Virus genome (UHGV): UHGV-0253196
Source of the DNA: a virus
Direction: 5' to 3' (one strand)
Length of the DNA stretch: 64,000 nucleotides
Each line of letters begins with the position of its first letter. The stretch's first letter is position 1. Below, one piece after another: positions 44,862-52,805 of the stretch. The notes beneath the pieces were generated by a model. It saw only the letters and a list, made by a program, of their open reading frames with translations. It did no database searches and was not told the origin of the DNA. A program made the position numbers and the translations under genes.

Positions 44862-45281
44862 ATGAGTAAAGACTACATTAAAATCTCACCCCAACATGGT
44901 GTGAATCCCTCAATGATTATTTGCCCGTATTGCAGAGAGCCGAAAGGTATTGCACTCATGGGAAGACTACCACAAGACCGTGAAGCACCAAAAGAGGTCA
45001 TTGCAGACTATGAACCGTGTGACAACTGCAAGAAGTTGTTTGCCGGAGGTGTGTTGTGTTTGGACGTTGTAGAAACACCAACGTTTGAAAACCAGCAACC
45101 CGTGTTTGAGGACAAGAATATTAAACTCTATCCGACATTCCGTTTCATGGTGTTAAATAGAGAGTTTGCGCGGGAGAATTTTAATCTGAGTGAAGACCAA
45201 GACACCATGGTTATGGCGCATAGTGCTTTTGACCATTTATATAGTCAGATACAGTCTTTCATGGAACCCGCCGAAAATTAA
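44862..45281 (+). CDS. zinc-ribbon protein (CPYCRE...CDNCKK)
   Basis: RBS GGAAAGGAG. Confidence 0.5.
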   Translation: MSKDYIKISPQHGVNPSMIICPYCREPKGIALMGRLPQDREAPKEVIADYEPCDNCKKLFAGGVLCLDVVETPTFENQQPVFEDKNIKLYPTFRFMVLNREFARENFNLSEDQDTMVMAHSAFDHLYSQIQSFMEPAEN

Positions 45282-45301
45282 GCGTTTTAACGTGCACACT
45301 A

Positions 45302-45331
45302 TTGACAGTGTTTTAGGACGTGTGTTATAGT
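45302..45331 (+). promoter_or_regulatory. sigma-A-type promoter TTGACA-17/18-TTATAGT
   Basis: Read directly from the sequence. Confidence 0.45.
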
Positions 45332-45415
45332 GTGTACTGTAAAGCACTTAACGAGTGCTAGGTAACACAACCACATATTATATAGTGCGCAAGAGTGCGC
45401 AGAAAGGACAAGACT

Positions 45416-45826
45416 ATGTTAAAATCAAAGAAATTGAAACCGAGGTTAAATGTAAAGAGAGCGTTAGACGTGGAAAAAGAAACACCAAAAGCAGAGCCTA
45501 AGAAAAAGACCAAGTTTGAGGATAAGTACACACCAGAGTTTGACCCGGTAGAGGTAGTCATGAGTGATAAGTACAAACTTATCTTAACTGTCCAGCGTGA
45601 CAACGAAAATGGTCTTTTAGAGTTAGACATTCGCACATACCAGACCACAGACTTGTACACCGGGTTCACCAAGAAGGGTGTTCGTGTCCCGTTAGAGAAA
45701 GTGGCTAACCTTGAATCCGCATTATATGACATATTAGAGAAGTGCGAGGAACATGACCTCATGGAAGAGGCATTTGAGTATGAAGAATGTGGTGCCAGAG
45801 AGTATGCGGAATCAGACGAGGAATAA
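45416..45826 (+). CDS. hypothetical protein
   Basis: Conserved leader (hairpin plus GAAAGGACAAGACTATG). Confidence 0.5.
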   Translation: MLKSKKLKPRLNVKRALDVEKETPKAEPKKKTKFEDKYTPEFDPVEVVMSDKYKLILTVQRDNENGLLELDIRTYQTTDLYTGFTKKGVRVPLEKVANLESALYDILEKCEEHDLMEEAFEYEECGAREYAESDEE

Positions 45827-46247
45827 TTGAATAAAGTACCTATAACAGACACGCTATGAGCACAAGAAAGACCGCCATAGCGTGTCTTTTTGTTGTCTTG
45901 CTACACCATAGCCCACACAACGCATTACAAGTCATTTCCAGCCCTTTTGTGTGTCTTACCCTAACCATATATCACCTAACACGCCTAAATGCCGTTTACG
46001 TGCCTTGTAGTGCGTCACAGACCATAAACACCACATACACACATACACATACGCGCACATATACGCGCGTGTGACGCATTGTACGCCACATAGACACGTC
46101 TTATTTAATCCACCTGCACTTATTCCCGCAACACCAAAACAAGACAACAGAAGCAAATTTTAAACACTAAAAACACCCGCAAACCCTTGTAAATACGTTG
46201 TTTTATTGATTTTGTCTGAATGTCCACAAATTTATTGCAAAAAAGTG

Positions 46248-46276
46248 TTGACAAGTGTTTGCGGGTGTGCTAGACT
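46248..46276 (+). promoter_or_regulatory. sigma-A-type promoter TTGACA-17-TAGACT
   Basis: Read directly from the sequence. Confidence 0.55.
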
Positions 46277-46357
46277 GTAGTCAGAAGCACAAACAACCAC
46301 ACACAAGCAACACCAAAATTCACAGTGCGCTATAGCGCAAGAAAGAGAGAAAAGACT

Positions 46358-47167
46358 ATGACAAAGACAAACACAACCAACAACGCAACCGTAAACACAA
46401 ACACCAACGCAAGCGCAAAGAAAGCAACTATCCCCGTCATGAGCAAAGAGACCATGCAGAGCAAGACCAACAAAGACTTGCGCGATTATATCGACAACTA
46501 CTTTACCGACAAGTTACTTGCCCACTACAACATGACGCGCCCCAACGATAAAGCCAAAAAAGCTGATTTGATTGACTTTATCACTAGTGTGTATGACGCA
46601 ATTCGTAACAAAAATGCACAGACCGCCCCGGTAGCCGCAAGTGTGAAACCTGCACCTGCTAAAAAGCCCGTTCCCGCGAAAAAGACCACAACACCCGCAA
46701 AGACCGAAAAGAAAGACCCGGTTGAGCCTGTAGAAACTCAAACGAGAACCAGCCGCAAAGAACGCGAACTTGCTACTAAGTTCCCGGACTTCATTGAGAG
46801 ACAGGTAGACGACACCATGGTGAAGTACACCAAGTGTGATGATATGTACCACACGATTGATGATATTCACAAAGCGTCAGACGACGGTTATACACTCCTG
46901 TTCGCTTGTTTCTGGTCTCCGCGTCTGCTTAAGCAGTTCGATTACAAAGCACAGTTTGATGTTGACAGTGTTCCTAAAGCGTTCCCTGATAACCTGGACG
47001 TGGCAGAGTTGTTGCTCACCTGTGACACAATGCCTAAACTGTTCGCCCTGTCACTTGAGACCGAAGCCATGTATGCGTTCCGGGAAGAAGACTTAGAACC
47101 TGTAGACGGTATCAGAGTGTCCGCCGGGTTAGAGTTTGAGATTTACCAGCACAAAGACGCCGAGTAG
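46358..47167 (+). CDS. hypothetical protein with a Thr/Asn-rich N-terminus and an HeH/SAP-like segment
   Basis: Conserved leader GAAAGAGAGAAAAGACTATG. KDLRDYIDNYF...ADLIDFI segment. Confidence 0.5.
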   Translation: MTKTNTTNNATVNTNTNASAKKATIPVMSKETMQSKTNKDLRDYIDNYFTDKLLAHYNMTRPNDKAKKADLIDFITSVYDAIRNKNAQTAPVAASVKPAPAKKPVPAKKTTTPAKTEKKDPVEPVETQTRTSRKERELATKFPDFIERQVDDTMVKYTKCDDMYHTIDDIHKASDDGYTLLFACFWSPRLLKQFDYKAQFDVDSVPKAFPDNLDVAELLLTCDTMPKLFALSLETEAMYAFREEDLEPVDGIRVSAGLEFEIYQHKDAE

Positions 47168-47246
47168 TTAGAGCGTAAACCGGGAGGGTGAAATTCCCTC
47201 CCACCTAAACCAAAAGACCAACACACATAGAGAGGGAGGACTTCTA

Positions 47247-47690
47247 ATGAAAACCACAAACACTACTTTGCTTGACGCATTAAAGACCATCAACACCGTG
47301 ACCGAGGACTACAGCGTGGCTATCTACGTTGAGGAAGGCTACAGGCATTATGATTTAACAGACCAGCGCGATATGTGGTTCTGTGTGAGAATCATTGAAA
47401 CCGCCGACCAGCAGGAAATCTCCATTGCCGAGGCCGCAGAGCAGTACATGAACTATGTTGAAATTGAAGGATGTGCACACCGCTGTACACAATGCGCACA
47501 TTGCTACAAGGGCAAGTGCATGATGTACAAACACAATAACCAGACATGGGACGAATATCTGAAAGACATTGAACCTAAGACCGTTCTGTCAAAAGAAATC
47601 ATTAAGTTGGCGAACTCCGTAGAAGGTGAGCAAGACGATAAGTTGCTTGTAACCGATTTAATCGCACTTGCAGAAAAGGAGGGAGCATGA
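47247..47690 (+). CDS. Cys-rich protein (CAHRCTQCAHCYKGKC)
   Basis: RBS GAGGGAGGA. Confidence 0.5.
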   Translation: MKTTNTTLLDALKTINTVTEDYSVAIYVEEGYRHYDLTDQRDMWFCVRIIETADQQEISIAEAAEQYMNYVEIEGCAHRCTQCAHCYKGKCMMYKHNNQTWDEYLKDIEPKTVLSKEIIKLANSVEGEQDDKLLVTDLIALAEKEGA

Positions 47691-47878
47691 CAAAATGGTT
47701 AAATGTTAAATTAGAGAAAGACCTTGCCGATAAGTTAAGAACTTATTTAAAGGAACAGGAAATCACTTTTGAGACTTCACAAGCTGGCGACCTTACTCAC
47801 TTTGAAATCCTTGTAACAAGCCGGGATATGAAAATCGCAATAAACCGCGCATTACTAAAATTTGAGATAGACCAGTAA
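47687..47878 (+). CDS. hypothetical protein
   Basis: ATGA overlap with the upstream gene. Confidence 0.45.
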   Translation: MTKWLNVKLEKDLADKLRTYLKEQEITFETSQAGDLTHFEILVTSRDMKIAINRALLKFEIDQ

Positions 47879-47887
47879 AAACAATAT

Positions 47888-47940
47888 AGACACCTATATG
47901 GGCGGTACTTATAATAGACCACTATATAAGGTGTCTTTTA
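47888..47940 (+). terminator. long hairpin terminator (AGACACCTATAT ... ATATAAGGTGTCT followed by TTTA)
   Basis: Roughly 12-bp stem, read directly from the sequence. Confidence 0.55.
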
Positions 47941-48838
47941 TATGGTGCCCCATATGTGATTTGCGCTGAAAGTTTCGGCCTACAAAAGAAGGTATTTAAC
48001 ACCCATATATTAAACACAATATACACCCTATTAGTCCTTTAATATAAGCTCCTATATAAAGCTCCACAATGCACATATACAGCCCCTATATACATAGTGT
48101 GTATAAGTGTGCGCCGAAATTTTAAACACGCCCTACGTGCCGTGTGTGCGTCCTGTCATGTGTGTGTGTTGTGTTTGCATAACATTTGTAATTGTTCAAT
48201 TAGTTTTAAGTGTTGCATTAAGTCCAGCAATTCCAGACGCAAGACCACCCTTAAGTCACCCCGTACACCACCCTACACGCTACCTAGTGTCACAGACTAG
48301 GACAGACTAGGAAATGAAAATGTAGGATAGGTAGATAGTGTGTTCCCATAGTGTATAGACCCCACCCATTAAGTCCAACTCACACAAGGTAATGTTAAGT
48401 CCTGCCATGTAAAATTCCTGCCATATTCCCTTCTATATAACACCCTCTGTAGCGTCCTGCAAGCGTGTTTCCTGCCATTCTACCCCTATGCCCTATACAA
48501 TGTTCCATAACACCCATAAACACCCGTAAGACGCCGGATAAATGATACTCATATCATAATGTGTACATTAATACAAAACACAAGAACATACACACCACTA
48601 AGACACAGCGTTAAACACCAGATACGAGGAAATGAGCGCGATATTTAATAACACTAAAACGTCTGAAAGCTGTGATAGGTGCGTAATGCTGAAATATGTA
48701 CCTAAAGACTGATTTAATCTAGTGTTTAGTGTGTTTTTAATTACCCGGAATCGAGTGAGAGAAGGTTGCGACAGCACCTTCCTCGATACTCGTCCGCTCG
48801 TGCGCCTACGCACGTAGGTGCGCGTGTGCGGATAAATC

Positions 48839-48960
48839 TTTTTCTTTTTTTCTAATTAATCTTTTATTTATTATCTTTTCTTTTGTGTTACTTTTCTTTT
48901 CGTTTCTTGTTTTTCTATTAAACCTCTTTTCTTTCTTTTTCTGTGCCACTTTTTCCAGAT
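48839..48960. repeat. polypyrimidine (C/T) tract of about 120 nt on the + strand
   Basis: Compositional bias read directly from the sequence. It lies inside the 1.2-kb ORF-free region. Confidence 0.6.
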
Positions 48961-49069
48961 AGTAAACAATTATTTACCATTTTGGAGAGTGCAATTTGAC
49001 AGGTTGTTTGTTTGATGTTAAAATGTGTCTTACGTTAAAGTTTTGTTTGTGAAAGCGAGGTGGTGAAAG

Positions 49070-49495
49070 TTGTTTGACATTCCGAAATACGAACCTGTCC
49101 AGGAGGACGAGTTGGTGTTGTTTGAAATGAGTGAAGCAGAGAAAGAGTGTTCCAAGTTAATGCAAGTGCATTTGTGGTTATCAGAACTGCGGGACAAATA
49201 TGATTTTAGTGTTCCGAAAAGCATTACATATCCAGAAGGTGTTTGTGTTGATGAAGGTGTTTCACTGTTCAACTCAAAAGTGTGTTCATTTGTCAGTGTT
49301 GAAGACTGGTCTAGTGAACGACTTGAAAAAGAGGGAGTGTTCCCGGATTGTGTCTGTGTTGACTTAGACCAGTATGGGAATTTACCTTTAGTGATGTATG
49401 AGGTGTTAAAGAAAGTTAGTGTTGCAGAGTGTAAAGACGTGTTAGTAGGATTACCCGTTTGGGTCATGGAGGAAAATGATGAAGATAAAAATTAG
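49070..49495 (+). CDS. hypothetical acidic protein (TTG start)
   Basis: RBS GAGGTGG lies 7 nt upstream of TTG. Confidence 0.45.
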   Translation: MFDIPKYEPVQEDELVLFEMSEAEKECSKLMQVHLWLSELRDKYDFSVPKSITYPEGVCVDEGVSLFNSKVCSFVSVEDWSSERLEKEGVFPDCVCVDLDQYGNLPLVMYEVLKKVSVAECKDVLVGLPVWVMEENDEDKN

Positions 49496-49715
49496 TGAGA
49501 GGGACATTATATCAACTAATCCCATTACAAACCTTGAATTAATTAAGTGCGGCGAAGATTTTATAAACGCAGTTAAGGATAGAAATATTGTTGTGGACAA
49601 AGTTATTTCTACCGGGTGTGTTTTGTTTACGAAGGTGTGTTATTTTGCCTTTGTTTTAGGAAGGAAGAAGTTTCTTAAATCACACTTTGACACCCAGAAG
49701 GACAGCAAGTTTTAA
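49476..49715 (+). CDS. hypothetical protein
   Basis: Overlapping start. Confidence 0.4.
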   Translation: MMKIKISERDIISTNPITNLELIKCGEDFINAVKDRNIVVDKVISTGCVLFTKVCYFAFVLGRKKFLKSHFDTQKDSKF

Positions 49716-49733
49716 GGAGAAGGTTAAATACAA

Positions 49734-50093
49734 ATGACGTTGAGAGAATTATATATTAAGTGGGGACCGATTGAGTTTTCGTCTTGTACTGAAAATGGTG
49801 AAGACATGAAACAGTTTTTCCGGGAGTTTAGAGTTGCGTTGTTTAGTGAGTGTCTTAAAAAACACTTGATTAGTAAGTGTAGTTTGGGACATTATTATAT
49901 TTCCGGTGAAATTTTAGATAAGCATGGTAACAGTGTTTACTACTGCATATCTGATGTGCGCACACATACAAGACTATACCCGTTTAAGGTCATGTACCGC
50001 AAAGACAATAAGTCACCTAACCAGTGGTGTTGTCTTGCAGACCTCCCCAGTAAAGCGGGAGAGTACATAAAGAAGGAGTATGTCTCATGTTGA
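49734..50093 (+). CDS. hypothetical protein
   Basis: RBS AAGGAGAAGG. Confidence 0.45.
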   Translation: MTLRELYIKWGPIEFSSCTENGEDMKQFFREFRVALFSECLKKHLISKCSLGHYYISGEILDKHGNSVYYCISDVRTHTRLYPFKVMYRKDNKSPNQWCCLADLPSKAGEYIKKEYVSC

Positions 50094-50317
50094 TAGGTAT
50101 ACTTCCGTATGTTAGGATATTCACCATTGTGGTAGCTGTAGCCTTGTATTTATTTGTGTGGTGGTATCTGTACGAACATTTTGATGAATTTGTCCGCACA
50201 AGTTATGGTTATCCGTGTTTTGAAAGATTCATGGGTTATTTTTATTTTGTGTGGATAATGATTCATGCGTTAGCTGTGTTTGGTGTTTGTGTCTATGCGT
50301 GGTTAGTAGTTCTATAA
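50087..50317 (+). CDS. small membrane protein (two transmembrane segments)
   Basis: Hydrophobic segments. Confidence 0.4.
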   Translation: MLIGILPYVRIFTIVVAVALYLFVWWYLYEHFDEFVRTSYGYPCFERFMGYFYFVWIMIHALAVFGVCVYAWLVVL

Positions 50318-50337
50318 ATTACAAAAGGAGAATAGTT

Positions 50338-50958
50338 ATGTTAAACAGAAGTAGAAGAAGGGAAATTGAAGAAAGACTTAAAAAAGGAACCATGAATCCC
50401 GGACATTTGAATAGTCTGTCCGTAAATGACCTAGCGTCATTATGTCATGCGTTAGGTGTTGAGACTACACACAAGCGCACAGATATGGTAAACGCCTTAT
50501 TGCGTCTGAATGGTAAGAGTGTCAAGGTTCCTTCTGCGCCGACCTATAACGTGTCCCGTGACGGTCTTAATGAAATGATTCTTGAATGTCTCAGTGACCC
50601 TACCAACCCGGCAACCGCTAAAATGCGGGAGGAAATATCAGAGACACTTGTGGTTGCAATGCTGTTTGTGTTGCGCAATAAGTATGGTTTTGCACAGAAA
50701 CGTATTGACGGCTTTCTGAAAGAATTTAATGACGTGACAGACGGTATCACCAGCGGACAGTTAAGTCTTTCCGAAATGCACAAGGAGATTGCGAAGCCAT
50801 ATAAAGACGGTAAGTGTAACCTTAAGATTAGGTACGAGAGTGGCCCAGTCAATAATTGGATAAGGAATGAAGTGTCTGAGACTATTGCAGGTATGAAGAC
50901 ATTAGGTTGTATATCCTGTCCATTTAAAGAAACCAGGAATAGTGGTGTTGACAACTGA
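50338..50958 (+). CDS. hypothetical protein with an N-terminal HeH/SAP-like motif
   Basis: LSVNDLASLCHALGVETTHKRTDMVNALL. RBS AAAGGAGAATAG. Confidence 0.5.
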   Translation: MLNRSRRREIEERLKKGTMNPGHLNSLSVNDLASLCHALGVETTHKRTDMVNALLRLNGKSVKVPSAPTYNVSRDGLNEMILECLSDPTNPATAKMREEISETLVVAMLFVLRNKYGFAQKRIDGFLKEFNDVTDGITSGQLSLSEMHKEIAKPYKDGKCNLKIRYESGPVNNWIRNEVSETIAGMKTLGCISCPFKETRNSGVDN

Positions 50959-51124
50959 TTTTTAATGTGATATACTGTGTTCAAGCTAAGAAATTAGCTT
51001 ACACAGTTCCCATTGAGGAATACCCCCAATTCAAAGGTCACGGTGTTGCAGATTAATCCTCCCGTGTTTGACATGTTATCACCACTGTAAACGGTTCATA
51101 ACCCACCGTGGCTTTTTCCACTCC

Positions 51125-51154
51125 TTGCCAGAGTGTGAGACACCTTTCTATAAT
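51125..51154 (+). promoter_or_regulatory. sigma-A-type promoter TTGCCA-18-TATAAT driving the tRNA-like gene
   Basis: Read directly from the sequence. The predicted transcription start falls about 8 nt before the tRNA-like 5' end. Confidence 0.55.
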
Positions 51155-51169
51155 GGATATGTATTGGGA

Positions 51170-51249
51170 GCAAGTGTCGTGTCGGACGACCTACAAGGTT
51201 TAGTATTCTCCTTTCCTAGTATGAATGGGTTCGATTCCCGTTACTTGCA
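51170..51249 (+). tRNA. tRNA-like gene (80 nt, class-II-like): 7-bp acceptor stem, canonical T-arm GGGTTCGATTCCC, 3-bp D-stem with GG in the loop, long variable region, GTA at anticodon positions 34-36, but a defective anticodon stem and non-canonical residues 33 and 37
   Basis: Acceptor GCAAGTG pairs with TACTTGC. T-stem ATGGG pairs with CCCGT around loop TTCGATT. It has its own promoter. It overlaps a spurious track ORF (51068..51253). Confidence 0.4.
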
Positions 51250-51361
51250 TTGACACCGTATGGTGGTTGATGGTTCGTGGTTGTACCTAGATACTACCTG
51301 TGTGAAGCGGTGTTACAATGTCTTGTCAACTTAATAACTAACTTCTCTTTCAGTAAGTATA

Positions 51362-51390
51362 AGTGGTTTTACCACTGGTTTTCTTACAAC
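51362..51390 (+). terminator. hairpin AGTGGT TTTA CCACT followed by GGTTTTCTT
   Basis: Read directly from the sequence. Confidence 0.45.
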
Positions 51391-51396
51391 GGAATT

Positions 51397-51450
51397 AAGA
51401 CCTATGCCTATAGAACACGTTAGCGTGTTGCGGGTGTAGGTCTTTTTCTT
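51397..51450 (+). terminator. hairpin AAGACCTA...TAGGTCTT followed by TTTCTTT
   Basis: 8-bp stem with a long loop. Confidence 0.45.
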
Positions 51451-51533
51451 TGTGTTTGCTTTATACGTGTGGTATGTGTTATACTGTTCCACGTAACAAA
51501 TTTGTAACAAATGAAAAATGGAGGTTATACAGA

Positions 51534-52118
51534 ATGAAGAAAGCAGTAATACTAACACTGTGGTTAATAATCTTAATGTGTGTTTCATTTACCGCAGGAG
51601 CAGAAGAAAAGGAACCCGTAAACGTGATAACACTTGCAAGTGTCCCGGCAACAATACCATATGATTTAACTAATGGTGTTAAAGAAAGTGTAGAAAATAG
51701 CGTTGCTTCTATTATAGAAGAAACACCAGCACCACAAGCCGAGATAGTTCCTAGAGAGGAACCAGTGCAAGAGTTTGTTCCTGTGATACCTCACACAGAG
51801 GAAGACGTGTATTTGCTGGCACAGTTGATTAACAGCGAAGCCGGGATAGAAAGTCCACAATGTCAAGCGTATGTGGCAAGTGTTGTTATTAATAGGTTGA
51901 ATAGTCCAGAGTTCCCAAACACCATAGATGGTGTGATATTTGATAGAAAGTTTGGAGTTCAATTCAGTGTAACGTTGCGGAACAAAAAAGGACACAGACC
52001 CATTGATAATACCCCGTCTGAACAGCAGATACAGATAGCGCGGCATTGCCTTAATAACGGAAGTGTGTTACCATCTGATGTGTTAGTATTTTATTCTACC
52101 AGTTGTGATTCTGGGTAG
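51534..52118 (+). CDS. secreted SleB/CwlJ-family cell-wall hydrolase
   Basis: Signal peptide MKKAVILTLWLIILMCVSFTAGA. LLAQLINSEAGIESPQCQAYVASVVINRLNSPEFPNTIDGVIF...QFS matches the SleB-type hydrolase domain. Confidence 0.7.
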   Translation: MKKAVILTLWLIILMCVSFTAGAEEKEPVNVITLASVPATIPYDLTNGVKESVENSVASIIEETPAPQAEIVPREEPVQEFVPVIPHTEEDVYLLAQLINSEAGIESPQCQAYVASVVINRLNSPEFPNTIDGVIFDRKFGVQFSVTLRNKKGHRPIDNTPSEQQIQIARHCLNNGSVLPSDVLVFYSTSCDSG

Positions 52119-52197
52119 GTAACAAGCCGAAAGAGATACACACAGGTAGACCACACAATATTTTCATACAGCCACAAATGACAAGGAGGATTTAGTT

Positions 52198-52746
52198 ATG
52201 ATTATGCCGAAACCCTATGAACTGTATTCACATTTTGGCACCAAAGAGGTGTACGTTGTAGTGTGTACCGGGTACTGCAAGAACATGGGTTACATGGTTA
52301 CTTTAAGAGAAGTAAACTCTGAACTTGCAGACGATATTGTGGTTCCTGTTAAAGACTTCAATGAGGAATTAGAAGACAAGTACGACCAGCGTTATCCGTA
52401 CAGCCGAGTTACTTTATCACACATTACACATAATCCCCGGCAGACACTTAGTGTCATTCCTACGTGTGAACTTGTCGCAGAACTTAATTCCCGTGGTGAA
52501 AGTTTCTATGGTATTGACCGTAGCATGATAGTAGACCACTACTATGATTTAGGCGTTAATATCCCTACTTTTGAGGACGGAGACTTTACGTTTATTAAAC
52601 GGAAGGAGGCGCAGACAAAAGACCAGATGTTACAGACGTTACAGTCTATGGAGATTGAAGCACAGAATTGCGGTGGTAAACCAATAGCTGTAAGACACCA
52701 TATTGTGATAGAGGTGAGAGACCCGGAGAGCGAAAGACCAATTTAA
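52198..52746 (+). CDS. hypothetical protein
   Basis: RBS AAGGAGGATT. Confidence 0.5.
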   Translation: MIMPKPYELYSHFGTKEVYVVVCTGYCKNMGYMVTLREVNSELADDIVVPVKDFNEELEDKYDQRYPYSRVTLSHITHNPRQTLSVIPTCELVAELNSRGESFYGIDRSMIVDHYYDLGVNIPTFEDGDFTFIKRKEAQTKDQMLQTLQSMEIEAQNCGGKPIAVRHHIVIEVRDPESERPI

Positions 52747-52805
52747 CATTATGTGCGCTACGTGCTATAATACACGTATCGTTAAATATAGAAAGGAGTT
52801 ATACA

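Noticed and set aside
47880-49069. CRISPR array or attP/att site in the repeat-rich non-coding region
   Set aside because: The repeats are short, heterogeneous and irregularly spaced. No spacer-repeat periodicity is present, and no integrase is in the window.
50241-50249. DnaA-box-like TGTGGATAA
   Set aside because: It is a single copy inside a coding sequence, with no cluster.
51068-51253. 61-aa + strand ORF
   Set aside because: The region is better explained by a sigma-A promoter plus an 80-nt tRNA-like gene with a canonical T-arm. The ORF has no RBS.
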